Assembly (NCBI GenBank): GCA_964036045.1
Contig: OZ038379.1
Span: forward strand, 30,814,001 to 30,878,000
Direction of reading: 5' to 3'
Source of the DNA: Eutreptiella sp. 'Long Island Sound 2002'
Lineage: Eukaryota > Protista > Euglenida
Length of the DNA stretch: 64,000 nucleotides
Shown: piece by piece, positions 33,831-46,960 of the stretch
How the letters are laid out: each line of letters begins with the position of its first letter
How positions within the stretch are numbered: position 1 is the stretch's first letter
Translations under genes and position numbers: made by a program
The notes under the pieces: generated by a model
What the model was told of the DNA's origin: nothing
Seen by the model: only the letters and a program-made list of their open reading frames with translations
The model's database searches: none

Positions 33831-36139
33831 TCAATCCTAACCCCAACTCGAGGGGCCACGCCGAAGCGTGGATTGTGAGTCCCTAACCCCAACTCGAGGG
33901 GCCACACCGAAGCGTGGATTCAAAGATTGTCCCGGTTTCCTCAATAGCACCGGAAGGTTGGGGCCCAAAAGAGGGCGGAAATGCTACGTCACCCCTGCAT
34001 TCTCGGGGGTCCCCAAAAGAAGGGGAACAAAATCAGAAGTCAAAACCTACGCTAGGGGTCACCATGATGCACCACGCAACAAAGCGTGGATTCAAAGATT
34101 GTCCCGGTTTCCTCAATAGCACCGGAAGGTTGGGGGCCAAAAGAGGGCGGAAATGCTACGTCACCCTTGCATTCTCGGGGGTCCCCAACAAAGGGGGACA
34201 AAATCAGAAGTCAAAACCTACGCTACGGGTCACCATGATGCCCCTAGGGGCCCCTAGTATCACAAAGTATGGGTCTCTAGTACGGCCAGGCACCCAAATA
34301 GTTGCACTGCGCGCGCACTGCGCGCGCACTGCACGCGCACTGCGCTTAAGGCTCCCCCCAAGTTACGCGCACATTCACGGTACGTTCGCACTCCATTCAT
34401 GGGGTTGCTTTTCTCAAGTGCCTCAAATGTCATCATTTACACTTCTAGGCATCGGCAATCCCTTCAAACCCGTGAAAGCGGCACGGCAAACGGACACCGT
34501 GGCACAAAGTAGCAAGCAAAACACCAAAAAACGAGATCAGATTCACGCGCTCATTCAAACAGTCAGTTAGAAGCACTTCACGAAGGGTACATTCCAGAAA
34601 GCCCTGTATATTTTTTTGATGCCATGTTCATGCTCCAATGTTGTCTACATGTTGCTGTTAATTTGCGGTACATTTTTCATAGAGCCTCGTGTAATTTTTT
34701 GATGCCATTGTGCATCGTTCCCGTTGCATCCTTCATTGCTACCCAAAACTACACCCACATCTTGGCCCATGAATTTCAAGCACAACAATGCATTGGACTC
34801 TTCGGTTAATGAATTGTGCGGGGTGTGCGTGGGCCCCATTGCCCAAGTTGTGATATGCACGACAAGCGGCACACCATATGAGCACGTACACAGCATCTAC
34901 CGCAGCCACGGGCGGGTAGGAAGCTACTTTGGCTTGAGTTTCCTTTCCACGGAGCGGGCACAAATGCCATTTGTGGTGCACTCAGGATGCACGCGGAAGT
35001 GAAACCCGTGACATTCAACGGCATGGAATGACACCTGGTTTCCACATGCACAACAAACACACCAGAAACAGTGAACAGTTGATCCCACAATTTGCTTGCA
35101 AGCCTCATCAACCACTTGGCGACACCCCTTGCGGGTGTACTTGGTGCCACAAATAGTTATGCCGCAGCAGAAACACTGCACGGCAGCCAAAAAAAAAATT
35201 GGAGTGGGGTTGGCGGCGGGCTCCCAATGGCGAGGGCGATGGTGTAGCCACCGCAGGTGTGACCAACGATGACTTCTCCATGGTAAATGCACAGCCATCA
35301 CGCGTGGCGGCCCAGGTTACTTGGGTGTGTTGCAGCTTCGTCAAGGGCCCACCCGCCGGCGAATGCAAAGTGGCGGAGAGCGGCAGTGACACTCGGGAAG
35401 TGCATCCAATTGGCACCTTCGGGTGCAATTGGGCCGAGTGGGCGCATCCATACATCATGACCCATCCCGAGGATCGGGATAGGGAAAAATGTGTGAAAGG
35501 TACCAAGGATTAGAAGAGAGAAAGAAATTGCACAACTAAGAAAGACACACAGAGCTGTTGCGGCCACCGATGGACTTCGGAGCTTCTTCATATGTTGCAA
35601 ACTGCTGACAAGGTTGCTCCACATCGGAGCAGTCACTCCATTTACACGACTCACGTGTTACACTCCTGTGCTTGCCCTTCACCTTCCCAGGCATTATGGA
35701 GCGTCTCTGCTTATTGCATTGCGCCCTTGTTGCCACAATTGCTAGCCCTACATGTGAGTCATCCTGAGAGGGCACAAACCCCAAGGCACTAGATGCACTA
35801 CGTGCACCACTACTACTTGACAAAGAGGTGGATGTGCCCAAGGAGCTCGAGGAGGAAGCGGAATTGGAGCTCGGACTTGGTTTGGAACAATTTTTAACCA
35901 TATTCTTAGGCGTCGCAAAGCACCCGCCCCCCTAAGGCCATATGGCCCACGGAAGTCCATTTAGGGGCGCAATGAAAAACACTGAAAAAGGGGTGACATT
36001 TTGAGGGTATGTGATAGGCTTTGAGGGAAACCCGCTGAACAAATTAGGGTATATCAACAATATCCAAAATCTTTGTCACCAAGCTGCAGAGAGTTTCGTG
36101 AAATAGTGACCCACGAAAGTGCAAAATAGGGTGCCTTTG

Positions 36140-36505
36140 CCCCCCCCCCCCCCCGTCTAAGCTACGCAAAAGTACATAATTAATACAATCCTTGCGCCTA
36201 CTGTAGCTAAGACAAGGCCGTAGCTTGCGCACGACAAATACAACTACCGGCACACACGTACTAATGCAAGAAAGGGGAAGATAATTCACAAATATCCCCA
36301 AAATGAGAGCTTTGTGGGTTCAAGTGGGCAAACAATCACAACAAATGTGTCCATGACTCCATGTAATTGGCAGATTTGTCACCAAAACCATGTCTTATGC
36401 GGTTGCACTACCTTTCGTGCCGAATTAAATTAGGTATGGAATTAACACGGTCCCTACGCCCATTGCAGCTTAGATAAGGCCGTAGCTTAGACAGGGGGGG
36501 GGGGG
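36140..36505. mobile_element. MITE with poly-C/poly-G-terminated TIRs
   Basis: (C)n GTCTAAGCTACG (36155-36166) ... CGTAGCTTAGAC (36481-36492) A(G)n|TA. Confidence 0.7.
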
Positions 36506-37589
36506 TACAAACACACTTGTGGATTTCGATCGGGGGGGGGGGGGCTGGTAATCCCTGTTACCCCTTGGATCCAACATAACCCATAACCCATTAGTACACT
36601 TCACCAGTAGCTAAAACTTGTAGGCAATACCCTGCACCTTGTTGCCCCTAAAAAGGAACTTTGAAGTGTGGGCTTGTATTTTAGAAACATCAAAATACAC
36701 AAGTCCATTTCAATGAAAAAGGAAAGGTGGCCGAAATTTCTGCTAGCTCCTGACAAATCTCTCATACACACAGCATAATAGGTACCCGTAGAGAACATGA
36801 AGACAAACGGTACACTAGTTCATGGACATTTTCAAAGTCCGTGGTAATGTAATGGTTAATATACACAAATGTGATTGAAAATAACATACAAACAAACATA
36901 ACGTACCTACATAATTGAATAGGCTTACATGGCTGAGATACTCGCCACCGGATGCCCCCGGCTCACCGGCAATTCTGGTCTTGGCTTCTAAGTTCCACGT
37001 GTGGTTGCTATGCACGGCTCATTGTACAGTTGAAGAACAAGTGCATGGTGGCATGCAAATGGAGAGGCTAGGCAAAAGTTTGCCAGCCTGCATACTGACA
37101 GATAATGCAAATAAACTCAGCGCTTGCAAAACCCAGAAGCACGCACCTTCTTAGCAGCAGGCTTGGGATTCATAGGAGCGGCACCAAGGACCTGTGACAG
37201 CACTGGGTGGCTTGCGAGGGTGAAAAATGGGCCAAAAATGTGCTCATACCCAGTCCCGTGGGAACTGCAACACCCAAGGTGGACGAAGGGGTGGGTTGAG
37301 TTGACCGAGGCCCTGAGTTTTGGTCTGGGGCTTTGGCAAGTGCCGTTTTGGCCTTCTTTTTGGGTGAATGTTTGTCAGTGTCCACATCTTGTTGTGCTTG
37401 GGTCTCCTCTTCCTCTTCCTCTTTGTCCACATACCTCAGCCCGCTACAATCCGCGGGAAACCCTGTCATCATGTCACAATAAATATTATTCCATGATTGG
37501 GGGGGGGGGGGCAGGTGTCAGTATTGGTGATTGCAACCTTGAGAGATTGAGCAAACTCATCAGGCCCGGTGGTCTCTTCCCCCAAAAAC

Positions 37590-38350
37590 GGCACACACAA
37601 CATTGCGGTCACAAGAAAATCTGGCAGACAGCATAACAGCAAAATTCATTGACAGTGTACCAGGTAGATACCGGGATAGGGACAAGATCCAACAAAAATG
37701 AAAAATCTCAATTGGCATGACAGAGGACATGGATCCGTCTAGGTAGGGAGCATACCTTGGCGGTTTCTTCTAAAACGGCATAGAAGAGCACATGGAAAGG
37801 AGATATGATGAGGAGTTATACAATGGGGTCGTGGAAGACAAATTGTATGAAGCTACGGCACCAAATTATGCACACCTACTCTATACAATGTGGGCACTTT
37901 AATAACACAAGCAGAAAGATGGTAGAGAGCTAATGAAGCTAGGAATGGAGGAACAACTGTGCATTGCCATAACCGACCAGACTCTGCAATCAACTTTCCC
38001 GTGGCAGCTTCCACTTGGGTGAAGCACACATACTCACCAAACGACTATTAGACTTGTGACAAGCAAGCTTAGCGACCGGGCGTCGCAAAAGGTTCCGTAG
38101 GCCTTCGTATTTTGAATTTGACCATAGGGGTGCCTTGATTATTGTTGACCATGGTGGCCTCGGCTTCTCTTCCCTCCAAGACCATCTTTCATGGGCAACC
38201 TTGAGGTGTGACATGATAACACACTGTTGTTTGGCCGATTCAATGGTACCCAACGTAGCTGCAACAATAAAGCAACAAAGAGGGGGACTTATTTTCGATT
38301 TTTTGGAGTTGAACGAAAGCTGGCGCAAATTTCTGCCAAGTTGATAACAC
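37590..38350 (+). mobile_element. degenerate non-LTR retroelement fragment (post-RT region)
   Basis: IIVDHGGLGFSSLQDHL (ORF 38135) resembles the GGLG motif downstream of non-LTR RT domains; surrounding frames are broken. Confidence 0.3.
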
Positions 38351-41300
38351 TGTGGAAATACAAACCTCTATTACAGCCTGTGCAAGTACATACTACGTGT
38401 TTCATGAACCAGACCATTTTGAACTGCCACTGGATGCAACAGATGCCGAGCCCTCATCTGTGCGCTTCTAATGTCCTTGATGACCCTTTTTGAGACCATG
38501 TAGGGTGCTTTTTGTCCCATCTATGTATGATTTCTCGAAGATGATTAGCCATAATGGCCTCAACCTCCTTGACTGTACCCCAGGCTGGATGCAGCCCCCG
38601 CTTTTCCATGGCTGCCATGGCGTCAGCATCAATACGAACATATTTCACCAATCTCCCAATCCCACCCCATCGTTTGGCCACACCTGCCTGCACAGAACAA
38701 GCAGGCTACTGGTCTCTGGCAAACTTTTTGCAAAAATCGATAAACAAAATGTTTGGAGGGCCCAAAAAAGACACCAATGTGCCTTCCTCAGCGATGATGC
38801 CACATTCCTCAAGCATTGTGGTAATTTGTGTTCAAAGAGTCTCAGTAGGGGCTTGTTCATCCTGCAGCTTGTCCAAAAGAAGGGCCACTCGCTCCGAGTT
38901 AGCGGAGGCTAAACCAGCAGCAGTCTGAATTTGAGGGAGGCCTGCAAGGAGGTGTCACATGGCAAGGGGGTAGTCACATCGCACTTCGTAGCCACCAAAT
39001 ACCACGGTCCAAGTTTTACATTTCAAACTGCTTTTCGTGTTGCTGGGTAGCAATGTAGACATGTTGACCCCAAGAAGCACCCAGCGTTTGGTTAAAAATA
39101 GACATGCATTACATCTACACACTGCCTACAGAAAATTGAAAAAGAAATCAAAAAATGGTGCAAACCAACATACGAGTCAATTTGCACAAACGAAGGTCTT
39201 CAATGTAATCCGGTGGTGGAGCACCCTTCAAATCCTCATAGCGACGTTGCACCCTGTCATCCGATATTTTGCGTACCTATCCATACACTCTATCATGGTC
39301 GAACCCAATTTGATTCCAATGCAAGTATGGGTCTCTAGTATGGTGAGACGCCCAGATAGCTGCACTGAGCGCGCACTGCGCTAAGTTTGCCCTCTTACCT
39401 GTCCAATGCAATCCCATTCTTTTGACATCAGGAATGCATCACGCTCTGCATCTGTGATTGTGGAGGTTGGGGACGACGTGTTTTCATCAACACCAAATGG
39501 CAACTCCATCGCAGCCAAGGTGTCTGCATATGCAGCCTTAAGAGTGTCAACATACTTCTGTTGCTCCTTGGCATAAGCTTTTGGAGGCGTGATGCCATGC
39601 ATTGGTATGCTTTGTGCACATCCAGGGGTGAGCCTGTTGGCAGAGTAGCAACCTTCTTCACGCTACCAAGCAGAGCTTCCCAGATCACCTCCAGCACAGT
39701 CTCTGATAATTTGAGAGTGCTCACAGGTGTTGTTATTGCAGGCAATTTCCTCTTCTTGGGTGTGATCTAGATTGGGGCCTCAGGTGCAGTACAATGCACA
39801 GATATTGGGGCTGTGAAAGACAGAAAATACACGTGCTGCAAAAGCGCGCAAGTGCATGGTACCTGTGCTGCCCATCACCCTTCTACCATTGACCGCAATG
39901 GCAAAAAATCATGTGGCAAAGAGCGCACCTCGCAGTCCCTTGGTGCCATTTCCTTTGCCACTGTCACAGGGGGAGTGTTTGCTTGGCGCGCTACCTTTGT
40001 ATTAAGTGTCTTGGCTGTAGCCCCAAATTTATCCTCACCTAGGGAAGTCCCCCAAGTAGACTGCACTGGACCGCAAACCTTCCCTGCAAAGCATGTTGTG
40101 TAAGCCGAAATATGAGAGATCAACAGTCCTCAATGGCACCGGAAGATTGAATCAAAGACAAAGGACGGTTAGGTTCCCCGTAGGTACTGAAACCACCGAA
40201 GCATAGGTCCTTGGGGGCAAATTGTTTGGTGAGGGGGGGCAAAAATAGGCATAGGTGGGGAATGGTCAAAAAAAGATGCCCAGCGTGCGCCCGGTGCTGC
40301 GCCAACACTCCCCCACAACCCTATGCAATGTGGCCATTGGTGCACTCACAAACAATTTAGAGATTGCTTCCTGAGGATGGTTGTGCGCTTGTTGGCGCCT
40401 TACACCTTTGAGTGTGTCTTTAAAGCAAAAATACAAGATTGTGTTGATTACGTCTTCGCGTTTTGCATGTTGCTGCGGTTTGACCGGGGAGCTGAAAAAT
40501 GCCTTGAGCATTGGGACATTGTGTCTGTAACAGAAATACTGTTGGGTAGATGTTGATAACAAAGCAACCCAGCCCACTGGGTGGCAAAAGCCCCGAAGAA
40601 AAAATTTCGGCGCCACTGAGAAATGTCCCCCAAGCACTGTTTTTCACCTGACCTAGAGCTGAGGGGGGGGAGGGGGGGAGGGGTCTGGAGAAAGGGGGCA
40701 GGGGGATGGGGGGGGGGAGGTCCCCCCCACCGTGCTGCAACAAAAAACAAAGCAAAACCCTGACCACCCCGCCCCCCTCCTGAGCTAAGCCACGCAGCAT
40801 TGGGGAAAAGGGTGTTGGTTAGTGGGTATATACCACCGCGTACCGCTCACACACCCACTACAACATACCACTGCGTACCACCCGTGCACACCAAAACCAA
40901 AAAAAACAGCAAACACTCTACCGATAACCTGAGAAATGGCTCTGTGATCAACAGCCCTGCATTTCTCTCCACATGCTGCACTGTCCTACCACACGAAGCA
41001 GCAGACTTGCAGGACATTGCACTGCAAGTGTTTCAGGGGACGGGTGAACGACCAAAGGGCTCCGGCAGGAACAACAGTCAATGGCGTGACCTGGCTTCAA
41101 GGGCCAATGGTCTGACGGAAAAATTGTTATCCCAGAACCCCCAACCCCTGTGTGCCCTCACGTGGGGTGGACCAGCCCCTGCTGGGCCCTGGTCGCCTCC
41201 TCACTCTCCACGCGCAAGCTTCCCCTCAGCATCAGGAATCCTCACCCTAAAAGGCTGCCTGCCTGTGTGTTCCTGCTCACCCTGTCCACCACCCGCTGCA

Positions 41301-43740
41301 GCGTTCTGTGACATGCTGCAACACTGTTGGTGCCGTTCCTCCCATACCCCAACCCACCCTCAACTGTGCTTCTCTGTGGATCTTGAGCATCTTCCATACA
41401 GCCTCTGTATCATCTGCACCCCGATGTATCTACATGCATGGTTGAAGACATTCAACTGTTGGACAGGTCTGACGTGGATGGGGATGCAAGCAGGCCAGGG
41501 CCAACAATCCCGCCGCAGATCTATTGGGAACGGCCTTCAGACCGCACAGCCCGAACTTGCCAATGGACAGAAACAAGGCACAGACAAATCTTGCAGCAAT
41601 TCTTTGCCCGCACACTGACTATGGTTGCTGTAATGACTATGGTTGCTGTAATGCCATGCAGTGTAGTATGCCATTCTCTGCACAGTACACTGCGAAAATA
41701 GACACCCCGCTTTCACATCAAGCCCCACACCATTGCTGCACGCTCTGACTGCTGCCTCAGCCTGCTGAGGAAGGACCAGGAAGGCAGAGTAGCCCCGAAC
41801 CCCACCATAGGGCAGTTGCATCCAACCACAAGCAGGAGCCAACGGAATGCTTTTTCAAAACTTGATATGCGGATTTCTGTGGAGGTTTCGAAACCCCGTT
41901 CTGCTGCATATCCAGCCAGATCCCTGCAACTCTCCCTTTCAAATGCTGCCATGCAAAACATCTCTGGATGGGTCAGGGTTCATTGACAGTCCTCTGCCCC
42001 TCCTGCAAACCCCTTGGCATTTTCAATGCTTCATCCCCTCTTTCAAACAAGCAGCACCTCACATGTCCCCCGTCACCCTGTCACCCAATCGGACCCTCTG
42101 GGTCATCTGCGCAGACGCTGAACAGACATCAGTGGAGCTGGGGTTGGGGCTTGGGATGGGGATGGGATTGGGGACCCAAAGATGCTTAGGATCGGGATTC
42201 GGGATGGGGATCAGGGATGGGGACAGCGGGTATGTGCAAGGGGATGCCAATTTAAAGCTTGGTGTGTGACGAACTCTGCACTCATATTAAGCACATCAAA
42301 GCGTCACACACATACCCCTTGGCTTACCGAGGCCCCAAAATAAGGAAAAATCCTTGACTCCTTCTGTACTAAGTGCACCAAGGGAAGACCCGTCCCTCAA
42401 TCCGAATTTGTGCCAGTCAGTCCACCCGCACTGTGACTCATGGACGGCTTTTGCCCCAGACGTCCACTGGGTGCTATTCAATCAGGGCATCGAGAGGGAC
42501 ATGCACGCTTGTGCTTACAGAGGTTTCAGAGGTTGAAGAGGTTATTGCGACGGTTGAGGCAGGCAGAAAATGCAGCTGGAGCCAGTCACCTTCAGGTACA
42601 GGGGGGCAGATGGAAATGGTTGGGCTGGAAGAAGTGGTCACTCAGGCAGGCAAAGTGGAATGCAATATCCCCTGCCTTTTCGCAGCAGCGTAGGACACTG
42701 GAACGAGGGTAGAACAAAGAACAGCAGGGTATGCGATAGGTGCGCTGCAGAGCAACACACAGGGCCCAGCAATTCTAACTGCTGATCGACCGCCTGCTGT
42801 TGCTGTCGCTGTCGCTGTCACTGCGTGGAGATGCGTTGCGGCCCCTACAGAAGAGACAATGGTGTTCGTGAATTAAAGAAAGGCATGAGATCCACTGCCC
42901 ATATGGGCACAAGGTAATTCCTAGCCAATGATATGAAAAGCGCGCATTGCCGCGGTGTCTCCCACTCTATCATGATACAAAATATTGTTGCCTTCTGCAA
43001 GGCACCTCAAAGAGGGACCGAATACCATCCCTGTACTGTCCCTAGAGGTGGTTGCACAGCACTAGCAAACTGACTACTTGCACGGTTCACAATCCAGTGG
43101 CCCTAGCAAATCGCGCCATCCCATGCTTCACATGTGAAATTTTATCATTGTGGGTAGTCACAATGTTGAAATAACGGTTGTAAAAATTTCGATTTTTCAC
43201 TGTTGAGGCTAAAAACTGCATGGGCGAGTCCTAACCCTAGGCTAGGGTCGACGGTATTGTTGGGGTCTGAAATGGAGAGCAATGATGTGGCAAAAGTCGC
43301 CATGAAGGAACTTTGTGGGATGTTGTTCAGCCTAATTAACATGGTTGGCATGGCTGAAGCAGTGCGCTGCAAAGGTTAGGGTGATGGTATGGTTGAAGGG
43401 AGGGCAAGGGGAGGTATGGGGCCTGTGATGGACCAACGCTTGGCCTGGGGGGCATGTACCCCAAATCGCCCCACCTCCCCCCCCCCCCAAACCCACCCTC
43501 CCAAACCCCCCCCCCCCCCCCCCGGGCAAACGCCCCCCTGGACCCCCCCGGTCGCCCTTCCCAGAACCCGCGCCCCCAAGCCCCCCCCCCCCCCCCCCCT
43601 CTCCTTGGGGCCTGACGCCAACAGTTAGTTGGGGTGGTAGTTGGCGTCCACAACCGACGAGTTGCCCCCCCCAAGGGATCACACCGTATCATGCCGATCG
43701 ACAAGAGAGTCACGATGCAGATGAGCACACGTGCTCCTAA

Positions 43741-44005
43741 ATGAGGCAGGGTGACTGGTTGTGCATTGCATGTGGCCTCTAAAAATATTGTGCTTGGGTA
43801 CAATGCCGACGATGCCGCCCCTCAAAATATGAACTCCAAGAGCTTTGCAAGATTAGGATAAAGTACAATTGCCTGGAGAATCCATCACGCAAACTCAAGA
43901 TAGGAAGGCACCATGAGAAGCACACAATGAAACAAGGAGACTGGATTTGCCCCCACTGCGGAAATCTTAATTATGCCCAGCACACAAGGTGTCACAGGTG
44001 TATGA
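43741..44005 (+). pseudogene. two RanBP2-type zinc fingers in one frame, the first with an in-frame stop
   Basis: 43741 MRQGDWLCIACGL*KYCAWVQCRRC and 43927 MKQGDWICPHCGNLNYAQHTRCHRC (W-x-C-x2-C-x3-N-x6-C-x2-C pattern). Confidence 0.6.
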
Positions 44006-44594
44006 TGCGCAAGTGTCCAGCGTGGCCCAAAACCTACATGGCCAGAGCAGTCGGCATCCTCGCAGCTGCCAGCTGGCCTCATGATTCATGCCACCGCTAT
44101 TACAGGTACAGGATGGGACGACACCCCAGTTGCTCCCGTTCCTCCTGACATGCGATGCACTGGTGCGCTGTTACACTTCGCCCACATTGGTGACCACACA
44201 TATGAATGCCACCCACTGCACTGCACGCGGGCACAAGAATCTAAGGAAATACCAGCTCTCGTACCCTGAGCACTGCAAATGACGAAATAGTTACATAGTC
44301 CCAGCATTACATGCGCATCACATCCACACTGTGCAATTGCCATTTCGGCGTGGCAAATCGACTGCACTAGTGTATGAAGGAATGACAAATGTTATGCCAG
44401 CATGCCTCATGGACCTCCAGTTTGCTCAGCTCCTAAGTGTGCCCGTGCTGTACATAAATGGACCTTCAGATTTCCGGGGTTCTCCCGAGTACATTCAACA
44501 ACACCTTGAGCACTCAGAAAAAGAAAGGAAAACGTGGATGGAGAGTCCTTATCCCGAACTAAAGGGGCCAGATATCAAAGCGTAAATTGACATT

Positions 44595-44860
44595 CCTTAT
44601 CCCCGACTCAAGAAGCCACACAACAAAGAGCGGATTGAGAGTCCTTATCCCCAACTCAAGGGGCCACGGCACAAAGCGAGGACTAAGAGGCCTTATCCCC
44701 AACTCAAGAGGCCGCACCACAAAGCGTGCATTGAGAGTCCTTCACCCCAACTCAAGGAGCCACAGAACGAACCGTGGATTGACAGTCCTCATCCCCAACT
44801 CAACAGGCCAAGGAACAAAGCTTGGATTGAGAGTCGGTATCCCCAACTCAAGGGCCAAAG
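44595..44860 (+). repeat. 48-bp tandem repeat, ~5.5 copies (ccccaactcaagggccac core)
   Basis: Gives the 16-aa periodicity LIPNSRGHGTKRGLRV in ORF 44587; the same core occurs at ~20634-20735 and ~33838-33910. Confidence 0.85.
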
Positions 44861-45719
44861 GGGCCCTTCGCCTCTTCCCTCCCCCCTCCGTAACCCCCCC
44901 CCCCCCGTACCCTATCCTTGTACCACTGGTGGTCGCAGCGAGTGCGATGAGCGGCCCGTTGTGGGCCTGCCCCTCGCTGGGTTTGTTAACCGCTATACAC
45001 CGTCAGCCCGCCCCGCAGTGGCAAGCGGCGGCGGTGGGGCGAACTCCACTATTTGTGGGGGAAGGTGTCCAGAACAGTCCACGTACCACCACACAATGTC
45101 CACATGCACCACAAACTTCGTCGGTCCATCCTCGGTTCGTTTCCGTGCCCCACCTATCACTGTTGCACCAACGGCCGCGTGCTGCGAATGCCTGCCCGGG
45201 GTCCGAGGCGGGCTGATGGTACGGAGACGGCCGCCAAGCTTCTGCGGGCATAGGCAAATACTACGTAGGGTGGGCTTGGCGACGACTCGAGGGGGTTACG
45301 TCCCCCTGTTTGAACCCACCGCGCTAGAGGGGCGCCCAGGCGCCCATCAGTGGCAGCTTGCGGGAAGCCGCTTCGCGCACGATACTAACGGAGCCACTGA
45401 GGATATACCCCATGGAGACGGGCAGAGAACGGGGAAGCCTCCTCAGTCGGAACAGGCCCCTGTGTGCATGTTACACAGGGCGGCGACAGGACAATCACAG
45501 AGCCACCTCCTGGCGGCATATGCACTGACGGGATCCACACCCCTGTACCGCAATCCTTCCAACAATCGGTATAGGCCGTCATCTGGGCTTGAGTTACAGG
45601 TGCACAGTAGGTGCAAAAGACATGGCCACTACAACAGACAGCAGGGCTTGGGTTAGGGGTAGGTTTGAATTTAGGGTTCAGGTCACCGAGCTGGGGGAAC
45701 CAGTGTTTGTTTTATAACC

Positions 45720-46960
45720 CTCTTTAGTGTCTAGGGTGGACCTAACAGGTTGCAAGCAGCAAGCAGCAAGCAGCAAGCACGCGCGAAATGGCGAAACACC
45801 ACAGCTCCGTCATGGTGCTTTGGATTCAGTCCAAACTTTGGTGGATGCTATCCATTTGTCTGAGAAACAACCACACAAAGTATGAGCCAAAAAATCAACG
45901 GTGGCGGCCTCAAACGGGCGTCGCAGGTACCGGACCTTCATTTCAAAATCTGTAATTTAGGGCCAAAATCGGCCTTTTTTTTCCAAAAACTGCCCTAGAA
46001 CCTGCTGAAAATGGCCAACTGAAGGGAAATACTGGCTACTCTACACATGCAGCTAGACTTTCTCGTGATGAAGGGCCCTCTAGGGCCCTCTAACTCCACA
46101 ATATGCTACGCAAAACGGACCCAAAAGGCCCCCGAAAGCCCCAAAATTTGTGCACATTGGCCGCCGACAGCCCCAAACCAAAAACAGACCATCTCTTGGG
46201 CTACGTGGTTCAAAATGCGATTTCTAGTGCACCTAATCCACCCACAACCACCCACGTTTGGTGGTTTCCACCCCTCAAAATTGTGCTAACTGCCTAGATC
46301 CCTGTACCAGGGCCCAGTGGGCTGCGGCAAGCTGCAGGAGGTAACCCAAAGAGGCGGTTGCCAAAATGGGTCAACAAGGTTTACTGGGTGCAAAAAAAAA
46401 AAGACTTGTTTTAAAAACGATCCCGGACCACATGAAATGCCAAAACAAGTGTTTGTGGCGCGTTTTGAGCTTGTGGTGGCCCGTTGTGGCCCTCCTAAAA
46501 TCTCAAAATGCCTTGAAAATGGGCTGTTTTGGGACCAAAAATGGGTCAAAAATGGGTCAAAAATGGGTTTTCCCAAAAATGAGCCAAGACCATTTGGGGT
46601 GCCTAAACAAGTGAAATCAGCCCATTGTGAGCCCACTGCGAGCCATTTTGGCCCCTCCAAAATCACAAAATGCCTTGAAAATGGGTTGTTTTGGGACAAA
46701 AAATGGGTCTCAAATGGGTCAAAAATGGGTCAAAAGTGTGCTTTTCCAAAAATGATCCTACACCATTTGGGGTGCCTAAACAAGTGAAATGAGCCCTTTT
46801 TGAGCCCATTGCAAGCCATTTTGGCCACGCCGGAGTCACAAAATGGCTTGAAAAGGGGCGGTTTTGGGACGAAAGATCAGTCAAAAATGGATCAACATGT
46901 GTTTTTCCAAAGATACCTTTGGACTATTGGGGTGCACAAACAAGTGGAATGAGTCCATTT
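45720..46960 (-). repeat. family B copy (opposite orientation to 9743-10917)
   Basis: Reverse complement of the ttttgacccattttt/ttcaaggcatttt units and of the gcttgcttgttgc end. Confidence 0.85.

Noticed and set aside
40800-41618. 272-aa ORF
   Set aside because: No recognisable domain or coding-like composition; it starts within a repeat.
42135-42235. Telomere-like GGG-rich tract (also 45650-45682)
   Set aside because: Too degenerate to call an interstitial TTAGGG array.
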